NCBI GenBank assembly: GCA_011109175.1
Contig: RDEW01000008.1
Span: 129,228 to 193,227 of the forward strand
Length of the DNA stretch: 64,000 nucleotides
Direction: 5' to 3'
Source: Dicyema japonicum
Taxonomy: Eukaryota > Animalia > Dicyemida
Positions 37,791-50,754 of the stretch are shown in pieces (position 1 is the first letter of the stretch; each line of letters begins with the position of its first letter). The notes beneath the pieces are model-generated. The model saw only the letters and a program-made list of their open reading frames with translations. It was not told the origin of the DNA and did not search any database. A program made the translations under genes and the position numbers.

Positions 37791-39099
37791 CTAAATGTCA
37801 TTTATATAATAATTTTCAACATTTCATCATATTTCTAGCGGACGGATAACTTTTTTCTCTGTAACACTACCATCATGAACAAATTCTGACATAAAATACG
37901 TGGTCAGGGCGCAAGACTGAATTTACAGCTAAACAGGACTATTGTGACTGAATCCTGTTCATACTTAGCAAAAACTGGTCATTGCTAAAAGCACGTTCGA
38001 GACAATATAATCTGAAACTTAATGAACTATTCCAATCTGGTTTTTGGTGTAAGAAACGTCCGGATACGTAACTCAATGACTTATCTACAAATCTGCTACC
38101 AAAAATCATTAGGTTTTTTCGGCAAATCTCTCACTAGCGACGGACCTACCAAATTAGCTATCACAAATGAATCATTTTTGGAAGGAACAAAAATATTTTA
38201 ATTTTTAGTCAATCAGCATAGGTCAATGTGGCTACAAAAAATAAACATCGATAATATCAGAGAACTTGTGTGTTGAGAGAAAAACTATTAAATTAAAAAT
38301 CAAGAAGGGCTTAAATATTTGATAAAAACTTAATATCATTAATCGGATCAAACAAGCAGAGGAATTAAAAAACATGCAAAACATTTACCAAGCCATTCAG
38401 TCGCTCGAGATAGATCAATTAAATCACCTTTAACCATCGAAAATTGGCATGGTCGACAAATCGAAGATTAAAAAAATTAGATGAGCACATCTCGAGACCA
38501 TTTTAAGAAATTAATATTTCAAATGACCAGACTAGATACTTGAAGAATATTCCAGTTATTCTTGACATGCAAACCCAAAGAAAACGGAGATAATATAACA
38601 CAAGAAGTAGAAAGACAGAACTAATAAGTACTCAGCAAAACCAAAAAGTTGAACCTTCTTAAGGACCACAAAAATAGTCTAGAAAACATTCGCAAATGCC
38701 ACTCTACGAAATTTTACAAATTAAAACATATATATTAATGATTTAATAACTAATATTTTGGAAAAAATATATCGGATTTGTTAAATCGCATTATAATTTT
38801 AAATCGTATCAAAAAATCAAATTTGAGAAATTTTTATGTAAGGAAAACAACAGTCTGATGTCCAATGCTCTGTTTAAAATCACCTCAATTAGACAGGTTA
38901 CTCAGTGTATATTTTCAACCTAAATATTTACTGTTAACGATTTATTTTAGATATTTTAATTTCTTTCATTTAAATTCCAAAATTTAAATATCCTGAAAAA
39001 AATTAATTTTATTAAATTAAAACAAAATTATAAATATTAAATTTTATTTATTTAGACATAATATACAATAAATATAAAAGATTAAGTTATTATCAATGA

Positions 39100-40060
39100 A
39101 ACTAATAACAAGTATAGCCAAATTATAGTGATTTTGATAAATATATTATTCTCTACAAAATAAATACTGAAGTCATCGGATATAAAAAGAGCGATTGTCC
39201 TGTCCCTACATGGATAATTCCAATAAAGTCTAATGATCAGACCTTCTCCGTCTTATTTCAGGGAATCGTAAATTTGACATATATTGATCCAAATGATGAT
39301 GTATTAAGTGTTGTTATAAACCAAGTTTCATGAAATCAATTTGAATAATGCTACGATTAGCTATGGGAAATCTCCACAACATTATATATCTTTTATTATC
39401 AGATAATAAAGGAATTCAATTAGATTTAAATTTTGTTGATGGAAAGGCCTATTATACAAAAATTCGTGATCTTTATCGATGGTAATATGATAATTTGAAC
39501 TCAGGTAATTGGATTACTGGTGGTGATACTGATTATTTGAACAAAGCATCGAAGAATACTCACTTTGACTGTCCTAACTTATTGATAAACTTGGCCCGGA
39601 TTATAAAGCGAAAATTTATTATATGAAACTTCAACTATTTGATGGAAAAAAGTGGCACAAGTTTTTCTGGAAAAAGTCAAATTTATTATAATTATTAGAA
39701 TCAACGTGTGATCCACGATACCTAAATAAACAAGTTTATTCACTGAATGGTAAAATTATAATTTATTTTATAGAAACTGATTGTACAACTAAAAATACAG
39801 TTAAAAGTAAAATTTAATTTTATTTCTATAGGTCCTAATGTTGATAGTTCTATAAAACGTACAATATTGGGTAAATTAATGATTTTCCTTGTGGGAATAT
39901 TAGTTATTTAATTAAATTTGGGCTTCTGTTATTATTTGGACTTTTGTTATTATTTGGAGTTGTTATTTAATCTGTATTTATTATTTACTCGACCTCATTA
40001 ATAAGTGATCGGACAGGATGTCTAAATCCATCTCAAGCATATAGGTTGTTTGCTTAGAGA
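39100..40060 (+). pseudogene. Possible type I membrane glycoprotein gene or pseudogene (LAMP-like spacing)
   Basis: Fragmented frames with FDC..KLQLF..ESTCD followed by a hydrophobic stretch (LFGLLLLFGVVI). There are many stops and no clean model. Confidence 0.2.
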
Positions 40061-40349
40061 ATTACAAAGGAATGACTGCGATTGTTAATTAAACAATTCA
40101 CTAAGCCAGGATGGTGAATATTAAAGCACGGAACAGTTACCAGAGCTTTTGATAAATATTCATTTGGAAAATATGAACAAATATTTTATTAAATAATACT
40201 TATTCTAGAGGGAAAAAGCCACACTTTTCGCGAGAATCATATTACGGTTAGCTCCCCATTCACACACTTTATTAAAGTGAAGGACAGTTAGGATAACAAA
40301 TCGTAGAAAGAAAGAACCAAAGAAAGCTCATCTCTTCTATTTAGAAAAT

Positions 40350-40605
40350 CCGGGTTTGAAGTGAAATATTCACTGATAGCTGCGTCACCAAAGCATCGTA
40401 GATGCGTAGAACCTCCAGACGGAGTCTAAAGAAGCGTGATTCGGTCCAGGGTCATCTATAAAGGACATAGATCCAACAATTAAAAAAAGAAGCGGAGAGC
40501 AATTTGTAGTTCTCCTTCTACGATTAGTCATAATTACTGTTCTTTACTTAAATCAAGTGTGTGTCCTTCCTGAGCGGAGCTATAGCTACTATGGCTCTGC
40601 CTATA
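40350..40605 (+). mobile_element. Degenerate SINE copy 3 with inverted 5' segment
   Basis: 40445-40605 matches the SINE sense body and tail (ACTGTTCTTTACTTAAAT.AAGTGTGTGTC..GCGGAGCTATA). About 40355-40415 matches 181-245 in the opposite relative orientation. Confidence 0.6.
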
Positions 40606-40639
40606 AGTGCAGTTTTTTTACAGAAGACACATTTGCATA

Positions 40640-42130
40640 GTTTAGCAAAGAAATCATCCTTGAAGTAGTTAAACAGCTTTCGAACTGGAGAGCTAGCGGA
40701 TGTGATGGGGTTTACAACCATCACTTCTCAAAAAAGTCACATCAATTTATGACCACCGCTATGAAGAGGTCTCCAAGTTAATTCACGGAAGGTATACTCA
40801 TGATGACTGGTTCTACACTGGAACACGTATTTTATTCCGAAGAAAGACGTGTACCATACCCCAAAAGACATAAGACCCATTACATGTATAATTTGCCACT
40901 GTGTGGATTGACGTTAAGAAGGCCTTCGATTCAGTTGATCATGACTTTTTTCGGTACTCCATAACACTGGACCCCCTTTCTAGATTGTAGATTTCGTGAA
41001 AACTTGATCACGAAATGGAAAATTGATTTGAAGTTTAATCAAAAATTTGGGAAATCAACATAAGAGAGGGATAATGCAGAGTGACTCTGTCACCGCAGAT
41101 CTTCGTGCTTGCAATGGACCTTCTTAGCATGATACTAAATGCGATATTGGTTATTGACAACCATGACCCTAGATCCTCTAGCTATGTAACAATCCACCTT
41201 CTGATAAAATATTCTCTCGAGAAAGAAAAAAACACAACGATTATGATGATGGCGTTGATTCTTTTTTTGAATCCGCTGGACTTAAACGAAATGTGAAAAA
41301 TCTGCTACTAATGTACTCACAGAATAGATGTAGATAGAAATTCTTACACAGAATCGGATTTATTAAGCTTGGAAGAGGATTGGTATCCATTATCAATAAT
41401 TGAAGGATACATTACAATTCTTCCGAGACTGGAAAGATGTCGAATCATTGTTTGAAGAAATCAAGGAATCAACGTGTGATAAAATCAAAGAAACACAATT
41501 GGCACAATCGTAGAATTCCTCAATCAAAGATATAAAGAATCCGCTGTTATGCATTTGGACTTACTAAAGAGCTCCAGGAGAAATCTTGAATGGAACAAAT
41601 ACTGAGGAAGCAATTGCATGGAACTCTTCGAATGTCTGGATGAAACAACGTCGACTTTAGAGAATCATCTCAGTGGTTATCACGTGGGAACAATTCTCAA
41701 AAGATAGAAGAATTGTCGTTTCTTATAAAAGACCGTAATTTATTTTTAAACAATGGTGGCGGAAAAGTGGCAATTCTGCAGGAAAAGTGTCGAACAGAGA
41801 TTACCTGCGAAGACATAAAGAGGTAGTTAAAAACATACATCTGCACTTGTGTTGTCAATATATAATTAAGAAGACTAAGAGATTCAATACACACTTTGTA
41901 CAGTCTATTGTTGCAATCGAGTCTGTAGAGATTTGAGTGGATACAACAATAGCCACAGATACGAAGGTACAAAATAACAAATCGAACATATTTGTGTTCG
42001 ATTGACTTGTGATGGATTGTCAGCAGATACTAAAACACTATTTAGATGCCTAAAGCTGGAATGTATGTGAAAGCTTATATGCAGACTGTCACGATTAAGA
42101 AGACAGCAGAAAGCATTCTTAACAATACAG
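40640..42130 (+). mobile_element. R4/NeSL-like RLE-type non-LTR retrotransposon remnant
   Basis: Motifs NWRASGCDGVYN, IRPITC, WIDVKKAFDSVDH, RGIMQ.DS.SPQIFVLAMD, LRRHKEVV, RVDTTIATDTKVQNNKSNIFVFD, AYMQTVTIKKTAESI. Confidence 0.8.
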
Positions 42131-43309
42131 AGATCAAATGGGAATTGCGAACGACTATGAGAAAAAAACTAGTACGAAGGACATGCTGTGAAGGATTCTG
42201 TTTGCTTGAAAGTCTGAATTGTCAAATTGAAGAAAGGAAAACCAAATCCATGACTGACAAAATTATTTACTACTTACATAGAGCCTGAATGTGAGTTGGG
42301 AGAGCTCAAAGAAAAAAAAATTTATGATGCCCTCTCAAATGTATATGCAGAACTCTCCTCATCCCTCTTCTTATTATTATCGATACTGGAATGCAATAGC
42401 TGGTAGATCATATGATGAAGACCTATGTATTGGATCACATGAGAGAAACAGAAAAAAACCAAGATGGTACACTGATCAAGAGGAATAACAAAATCGCTAT
42501 TTGGTATGCAAATAAGGTCAAAATAGATAAACGGTCTCAATAAATCTATAGAAGTTTGTTTGCTTTATAATTCAAATCCAATCAAGGTTGGTAACGACTT
42601 TGGCGAAGTAACGAGTGTGGATCTCGGCATTCCACTATCACAGGAGTTAGAAAATTATAATTTATTTATTGTGTATAGCAGGAGAACCCGGGCATCTTCG
42701 TGTCTGCGCTGATAAGTAAAACTTATCACTCCAAATCATATGATTACCTGAGCCATTAATGAAACCAAGGGAATTACAATGTATTTCCATGATAACCAAA
42801 AGAATTCAACAATTACTACAATTTATCAAGAGGATAGAAAATGTAGCAAAGGCAAAATTCAAAAAATTTCTCTTTTTATCTTTAATAGACTTTATTAACA
42901 AAGAAAGTAAATAGGGTATTAATTGGCTTCTTTAGCTTGTACTCTCCTCTGCGCTCTAAGACCCCTTTTATTATTTATTCTGTGCTGTTACATACGAGTA
43001 AATGATGGCATCCACTTTTAGGAAATTTGCCATCCTTTTCTCGGCTGCATCTCTGATCGACATTAATAAAAAATCTTAATCTGACTTCTTATTGAGTCAT
43101 TTGCGCAAGGAAATCTTAATATCAAAAAATAAACATAAAATTTATAGATAAAAATTACAAGTCATGTTAATCATACTTCGGACATTGTATTTGTCAATAA
43201 AACAAACTTTAATAGAATATTCATTCTATTTGTTATCTATCCGCGTATAGATATTATTTATTTCCTTTTTAGCTCCTGAGTTCTTTCGACAAAACCCGTC
43301 TTATTCCTG

Positions 43310-43690
43310 TATGAAACAATCATCGACTCTAAAGTTTTACGTATAACCAATGATTGAATATACGTATAGGTTTTTTCGCTTATGTTTAGAGATCTGGAAT
43401 GTTCTCACGAATGTGAGCTTACCAATCCATCCCAAGTTAGTACTATTGAGACAATCCTCACTTTAGCATGGTGTATTGATTCCAGTTCTTTCGACAAAAG
43501 ATCATACTTTCTTAATTTTTCGAATTTTACTTGTTGGTAATTTTGATCGATTTAACTAAACAGTATTTGATTTTTTTGTCGTAGATAAATAAATCAGGCT
43601 CGTTGTGTTCAATGTTGATAAAAATATCAACCCTTATTTCTACCGAATCACTCATCATAATTGTTTGCACTAAGTGGGTTTTTAATCTCT
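43310..43690 (-). mobile_element. Second R4/NeSL-like element, endonuclease C-terminal fragment
   Basis: The reverse complement reads EIRVDIFINIEHNEPDLFIYDKK..KYDLLSKEL..VRIVSIVLTWDGLV..YIQSLVIRKTLES. Confidence 0.8.
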
Positions 43691-43869
43691 TTTCGTTTTT
43701 GAGACAGTATTCTTTGCAAAAATAGAAGTGAAGGCACCGTACGACTTAATTGTGTCTTCTGACGTAATATCCATGCAATATTTGCCACATAATTAAAATA
43801 TATTTAAATTCTAAATTTTTTAATTATTGTGAATCTTATGGTATCTCCCCTACACATTTCTTTTATTCA

Positions 43870-44150
43870 AGAATACAATGCAGTTGTTTATTACCCTCAA
43901 AAGACACAATATCCAGCTGATGCATCTGAATCGGAAAGACGAAAAATCAGAAGATCCAATAATTTAAGAATGATTGAATACCAATTATTTTTAGCAAGAA
44001 TCTGATGGCTTAATCAAGCACGTTGTTTGTGAATTTGAGATTAAAAAAATTAATTAAATTTTAATCAAAGAACATTCTGATGGACACCCTGGAATCAATA
44101 AGATTCTGACTCTTTTGTCAAAAAAACGTGGGATTTAAAAAATCAACTAT
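43870..44150 (+). mobile_element. Ginger/Gypsy-type integrase N-terminal (H2C2 zinc-binding) remnant
   Basis: YPADASESERRKIRR followed by LIKEHSDGHPGINKILTLL. Confidence 0.55.
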
Positions 44151-44896
44151 CATTGATTTTATTTCAAACTTAGTTCTTGTTCTGGATTCAATTCCATGAC
44201 TTGTGGGGTTGTGTTGTATTTAGTATATGTCACCGTATGTTGGAGGAATCCGCCGTTGAATGAATTTTTTCAATTTTTTCAATTTTTTATTAAACTTAGA
44301 AAAAATATACATTAATAATTTAATAAAAAATATTAGAAAATACAATTTAAGGAGAATCAACATAACCAACATATTACATATCACTATCGATTAGTACAGG
44401 CGTGTCAAACACGCGGCTCTCGACAAGCGGCCCTCAGTAGACCTTGACTAGCACTAGTGCGACCAGATTTAATGGGTATGAACCACAAAAAATCATTAAT
44501 TCAAAATGATATTGCGATGGTAATTTCAAAAACATCAAAAATTATTTGTCCAGATATCGCCTACTTGTTTAAAGTTATTTCATTAACCAGAATCGTCTTT
44601 GAATTATCCAGAAACGTCTCAAACACATTAATGAAATGTCTTTGAACTTGAACAATTGTGCGATAATACCCAAACTGATTGTTCGCTCGAGTTCAAATGC
44701 ACCTAGAGGCATAAGTGATTAATTTATCTTACATACTGCACAGGTCTCCTTTACCTCAACTTTTCAAGATGTTCTTCGTTCTGTTACTAATGATACACCA
44801 CACTTCAATTATAGATATAATTATTAATTAATTTATTTTATTTGTTTTAAAAATTGTTTTAAATTATGGCGAACCTATCGATAAATTATTGCATTA

Positions 44897-45721
44897 CAGT
44901 CCGACCCCGAATGGGGCAGACCCCAGGGGTGGGCACCCCCGCATTTTGGGGCATTTTTTTTGGCCAACATTTTGCAGAGTAAAATAGAAAATCGATAAAA
45001 ATATGGAAATTTTGGGGCACTATAAAATTGTGGGGAATGAAATTATAAGTAAATAAAATTATATTTTATTAATAAATATATAATTTTAATTTACATGTTT
45101 ATTTACATTTTTGTTGTGAATGGTTATCAACTACGAAACAAAATTAACGATTGCTAAATTGATATTGAAGAACAAATTATCTGAAAAGACAGATAATTAA
45201 AAAATACAAAACTAGTAAAGGCATGATTTCGCGAATAAAAAAAACAATTGTACCTTTTCTTGAATAAGGAACTGTAAACTCGGATCCTATGCCTTATTGT
45301 GAAATATCTAAATTCGATGATCAAGTTTTTGAATATCAGGTCCTTTCATAAAGAAAGAAATGATCAACAATGCCGTAAACGAAACATTGAATGGAGAAAG
45401 TGACGAATTCGTTAATAATATTTACAACGAAGGTTAGAAAACGATAACATGGAAACAATTCTAAGAGAAACGCAAGATTCTCTTGATCAGTTAGAGAAGA
45501 AATTTTTTACATATCTCCTGAAATACTCAAAGAATTTTACGATTTTCGACTTAATTTTATGAAAAATGTAAAAAGTAAAAGGATTAACTGGGGATAAATT
45601 AACTGATTATTTTTCTAAAATTGATTTTTGATGTTTAAAATCTCTGTTTTATTAAACCCCTGTTTTGGGGGCACCGCCGATTTTTTGGGGCACTTGTTGC
45701 CCCGATTTCTGTGTCGGACTG
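44897..45721. mobile_element. 825-bp non-autonomous Tc1/mariner-superfamily element (MITE)
   Basis: TA|CAGTCCGAC...GTCGGACTG|TA, with about 23-bp imperfect TIRs and repeated GGGGCA subterminal motifs. Confidence 0.85.
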
Positions 45722-45734
45722 TATTTGGCGTGTA

Positions 45735-45876
45735 TTTTGAAACGTGAGAAGAGTTGTTCAGGATTCTCGACCCCGCCGGACTCGTCCTCACCTTTTCGGT
45801 CAGGGATCACTTAGTTAGATGAGAACTTTTATTTCTTTCTCTTTGACCCAGTGATCCTGAGGGTAATAATAATAAT
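45735..45876 (+). mobile_element. LINE extreme 3' end with stem-loop and (TAA)n tail
   Basis: The frame ends SGIT*. TCAGGGATCACT (45800-45811) pairs with AGTGATCCTGA (45850-45860), followed by GGGTAATAATAATAAT. Confidence 0.7.
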
Positions 45877-46944
45877 TTTTAGACGTTGTTGTAGTTTCCT
45901 TGCTTGTTCTACATTTTATTGTCTTTTTCCTGTTGTACTGTAATATATTTTCTTTTATATTATATTAATGGATAATCAAGCAGTGTGAACACTGTTATTA
46001 AAATGTCTAAAATATATATATTTTGATAACCTATAAATATGGATTATTCTCCACTATTTTGATTTTTTAAAATTATTGCCCAATTTTTTCTATCACTATT
46101 TTGAAATTTTATTGTAATTTTTTAGAAAATTAGCATGAATGCAAAAAAATTATGAGGATTCTTTGCTCTTCCGTACTTTGCTATGTTATTTCTTGACAAG
46201 TTTTGTTTATTTCACGGTTCTTGAATTCCGTCGCTTTTATTCTGAATCCATTAAAATCAGCGGCATATGAATTAAGAAAACTTCGATGAAATTTTATTAG
46301 AATTCTTTTTTTTAAATCGGATTCATTAATTTTTAGGATTTTGTTTATTGCTCATATTGACATGTTGAATATTTTACTTAATTGTGTTTGCGTAATGTTT
46401 TTATTTTTTTATATTAAAAACTTCGAGCTTTTTTTTGAAAACTATATGTTCTTCGATTGTTTTTTGCATTATTTTTACGTGCACACATCAAGCAAAATTC
46501 AAATAAATAGTTTTCGTTAATATTATTTTCGTGAAAAATTGATTTTCTTAAGATTTTAGTAATTTATAAAAAAAAATTCGTCAATCCAAATTGAACGAAA
46601 ATTTTGCCAAATAGTTAATAAACAGAAATATACAGCGGCCACCTTGACTGCGTGGTTATTTCTGTTAAGATGGTGAGCCAGATTCGCTCAAATGGCCATT
46701 TGTTGAAATAAATTATATGACGATCCGTTGAGGAAGCTCGAGAACTAGCATCAAATCATTTGCTTAAAAAAATTTATTAGTATAGTTACAGACACTAAGA
46801 AAATGGTTAGGGTGTCCAATGAAGAATACATATTTGCTTCTAATCAACTAGTAGAAGTGGCATGTTCAACATGTAGATGCTCTGGAAAGAAGTGACTGAT
46901 TCAAGTATAGACATGGATTGAAGATCGATTGGTGGTACTGTGAG

Positions 46945-47147
46945 GCTATTGGTCGGGAAAGTTAAGTTAATGGTCAGGAAAGTGACGCTTTGTCAAAAAA
47001 GTGACGCTATTGGTCAGGAAAGTGACTCTATTGGTCGGGAAAGTGACGTTAATAGTCAGGAAAGTGACGCTATTGGTCAGGAAAGTGACGCGATTGGTCA
47101 AGAAAGTGACGCTATTGACCAGGAAAGTGACGTTAATGACCAGGAAA
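46945..47147. repeat. 21-bp minisatellite, about 10 copies
   Basis: Consensus TATTGGTCAGGAAAGTGACGC. One unit is shortened by 2 bp. Confidence 0.95.
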
Positions 47148-48149
47148 CCCCATATATAATTTAAAAATTTTTTAATATGGACAACCATATTAATAAAATT
47201 TATTATACACGTTATGATTGTGTCTCTAGTGGGGCAATGTTGCTTTTGTATTTCTTTATATTAATATTTCTTCATAATTTAAAGTGGTAGATTTATCAAA
47301 CTATTATCAAATAATCCTTTGATACCTCATTTCATTACAGTGCTTTTAATTATGAAGAATTTATATAGAACGTACTGATATATTTTAAATTTTGTCAATT
47401 CTCTCCCATTTTGAGTTTGTAAATTGTGATTGGTCCAAAAAATGAAGATAAATATTACAAACAACACTGCCCTATTCCTTGAAACATCATTGTGATACCA
47501 AGCAAAACTATTTTTCCGCGTTTGTTCTAATTATTATATGTATTTGCTCCAATTTATTTTATTATCGTTCGCGTTTGTTCTAATTTATTCTATAAATTTC
47601 TTATTTCTTCTTATATCCACGATTGCTTTCCTCCACAAGTTGAAATGTTGGGATAAACATGTTAAGGATACATTTCAATGTTTTATATGATCCTTTAATT
47701 TACCCATTGCTTTATTATACGGGCCTTGATATCCTTGGAGACACTCTTTACTGCGGAAGATCGTTTATTCATTTTGGAGTCTTAATTTTGTTTTATATTA
47801 TTATAACGAAAGTACATTTCTGTGACATTATTAGCTTTATCCTCCAATTCACATCATCTTGCTTTTCACTACTTGCCATATTCAGTGGAGATTACGTCAG
47901 AATGAGCATGATCCGTTAAAATTATTCGCAAGGTTGATTCCTATGAAATTGAGGGAATTATATTCTACAAAATTTCTATTATTTCAAAAATAATGTTAAC
48001 TGGTGGATGGGAAAAGTTTCGCAATATAAAAAAATTTCATCATTCGAACAGTGACTATTTCATACAATTCCAATACATTCCAAATAATAGAAAGAAGCTG
48101 ACTGATGGCTCAATTAATTGTTTAATGCCAGCAGAAATATATTTTGATT

Positions 48150-48440
48150 ATTCCTAGTTTTCTTGAGTAACTTCGGAGATGCAGTCGATTAAATTAAAAT
48201 TTATTTCTTGTCGCATGTCATAACTTCTCTCATAACTTTCAAACCATCCTTGGAAGCCATAAATCAAGAATGGTTCTATACAAGCTGTATACACATAAAG
48301 AAAAGTTTCCGGACTCAATTGAAAACGTAGAAGAGATTTCAACATTGCCGTAGCTTTTTTTCTTCATTTTCTTGATATAATTAATGAACGAGCCCTTTAA
48401 GTTCACACGAACACCAGATATTGTGACTGTTCCATGCATT
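48150..48440 (-). mobile_element. LINE C-terminal fragment
   Basis: LYVYTACIEPFLIYGFQGW resembles the post-RT YxxxIxPxLxY motif of LINEs. Confidence 0.45.
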
Positions 48441-48559
48441 TGATCGCTCCAGTATCAATAAAAAATCTTTGATTTGTTCTTGTAATTCACAATCCATGAA
48501 GCAGTACATTTTTTCAAGAGATAAAGATAAACCTTCATCTCGGCATCAACATTTAAATT

Positions 48560-49090
48560 ATTTCTACATGTGTCGAAACACGTTTCCAGGAAATCGATCT
48601 ATTAATACTAAGATCGAGCAAAAGAATATCATCGGCATGTATTAACATTTTCGAATTTAGGTGTTCAAACTTCGGGATGTCACACATAAAGCAATTGAAT
48701 AAATAGAGTATTCGCTAACCAACGCTTTAGCGTTTGATTTTAGCGTTCCACCTGCCCTTGTGATTGAGGGTGTCTTGGTCTCGCCGTTATCCCCCGATCA
48801 CATAATAATGTTGAAACTTCAGTGTTACAAAACTCTTTTTCAACCTTTTATTACGCTTAATCGCTTTATTGACTCAAAATAATTTTTTTTGTTTTTGAAG
48901 AAACAAGGGACCGATTTTTCGACCTCGTCTATTTTCGACCCTTTTCACGCTTAATCGATTTATTGACTCAAAATAATTTTTTTTGTTTTTAAGGAAAGAA
49001 CATGGGACCGATATTTGGAAGCAAAATTTAGTGGTTGTTAATGTTTTCAAGTGATAAATTTGTCGGACAGTATCAACAGCCCGGACGCTA
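48560..49090 (-). mobile_element. Ginger-like (KRBA2/SCAND3-type) DDE integrase core remnant
   Basis: The reverse complement gives EKEFCN..GITARPRHPQSQGQVER.NQTLKRWL. It includes an about 97-bp tandem duplication at 48850-49010. Confidence 0.7.
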
Positions 49091-49106
49091 TCACATACGA
49101 CATTTA

Positions 49107-49215
49107 TTAACCCCGGATACACCTAGAAAGAAGTTAAATTAAACAATTAATTAATAAGATGCCCATACTTGCAGTTGTGGAAAACCTTCCAGTGGAGTGG
49201 GGGAGAACAAATGAA
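49107..49215 (+). repeat. Composite antisense-LINE-3'-end/RTE-leader element (copy Z, internally deleted)
   Basis: TTAACCCCGGATACACC.AGAAAGAAGTTAAA is the reverse complement of about 58660-58691. CCATA.TTGCAGTTGTGGAAA..TCCAGTGGAGTGGGGGAGA.CAAATGA is the reverse complement of 58525-58577. Confidence 0.8.
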
Positions 49216-49679
49216 AGCAAATTTCATATCATTTTTGATGCGCAACGCCGGTCGGAAGTCGCCTTCAAATAGTTTGCGGTTCACTCTCTCCAAGTTTGTC
49301 CGGACCATTCAAATAAACCGGAGGATTGGAAATCAGAATGTCTTGATTTCATTACTTCCGTCTTGGTAAGAGAATGCACATAGGAAACCTGGATGTTCTT
49401 CATTTTTGAAGAAAGGGAGTTCCCAAGTGAGCATGTAGTGTCCAGTTCTTGAGTGTAATTAATTTTTAAATATTGAGTTTGTGGTAGTAGGAAAATTTGA
49501 ATATGTAATTTATTAAAATTTTATAATATGCCGGCAATTATGAATGTAATTCCTATGTAATTGTTCGTATTAATAAGTTTTACGTCAGTTATGAGTTATA
49601 ATAATAATTGATTTTATTCATCATTTTATATTTACATATTATTTATCTACAAGTCAGTGAACGCTCACTCACTAGCCAT

Positions 49680-49990
49680 TAACAAATTAATAGCACAGTA
49701 ATGGAAATATGTGAATTTGTAAACCAGTAAGTGTCGATCCTTTTGGGGGAATTAAACTCGAAAGATACCTCGTTTGGTTGTCGGGGACGAACAGAGACTG
49801 CATTGTTTTGAAGGATATGTTTGCGTCTTCTGGGCTTTCCGTTGTGACGTCCTCGATTCTGAATCACTTCTAAGTCACTATTCTCCATATGGGAATGGAG
49901 TTAATATCGGAATCTGTTCATCAATTTTTGGTGATATTAGTAGTGATCATCTACCAATCCTTTGTAAACTCAGCCTAACTCCTTTACAGA
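49680..49990 (+). mobile_element. APE endonuclease C-terminal remnant
   Basis: DISSDHLPI motif in the 49774-50043 ORF. Confidence 0.45.
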
Positions 49991-50155
49991 TCAAGTCTGC
50001 TCCAGTAGGCTATGATCTGACTAGTATAAACTGCGACCATTAACAAAAAAGGATTGCTATATATTTGGAACGTTTTGGGAATTTTTGTAATCCGAAAATT
50101 TGTATGTCACAATGTACAGTGAATTCCCTCTAATTGGCCAATTCTCAAATAACAG

Positions 50156-50411
50156 GACACACACTTTATTTAAGTAAAGAACAGTTAATTTTAACTAATC
50201 CTAGAATCAAAGAATGATCCTCACTTCTTTTTTCCTTTTTCTTGTGTGTAGGTCCTTTCTAGACAATCCAGTTCCGCAGTGAGCATCCTCTGATGACGGC
50301 GTCAATCTTCAAACCCTTTTAGCGGAACCTTCCACCAGGTGAACAGCAGCGAGAATCGAACCCGTAATTTAAGTCACTTTAGCCCGACACCTAACCACTA
50401 TGCCACCCGGC
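50156..50411 (-). mobile_element. tRNA-derived SINE, copy 2
   Basis: Minus-strand head GCCGGGTGGCATAGTGGTTAGG (A box)...GGGTTCGATTCTCGC (B box). The body is homologous to 58-310. Confidence 0.85.
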
Positions 50412-50754
50412 TCGTCCATATTGAAATCATCTAAAATTATATTCCTTCAAAAAGAGATGCAAATCGTCAAAATTTCCTGAGCTTGATACTATGATATTAG
50501 AATGGATGGATTTGATGGATTCTAATGGTATTTTTAATTTGTTTATGTTGCTGAAAATTTATCAATTAGTGATTTCAAGAATTCTAAAAAAATTTATTAC
50601 ATAATTAAAAAAGACATGGTTTTTGAATAAAGAAATGATAACTGACACAGACCTGACCTAAAAGGATTTGAGAAGACTTTTAAGAAATTTCCAAACATTA
50701 TAAAGAAGGCGAAAATTACAATATGGACGAGATAGGGCTTTATCATAAACTGAT

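Noticed and set aside
44396-44445. hAT element starting CAGGCGTGTCAAAC
   Set aside because: It looks like a hAT left end, but no matching right TIR or TSD was found in the window.
50340-50411. Functional tRNA gene
   Set aside because: A and B boxes are present, but no complete cloverleaf or acceptor stem was found and the sequence continues into a repeated SINE body.
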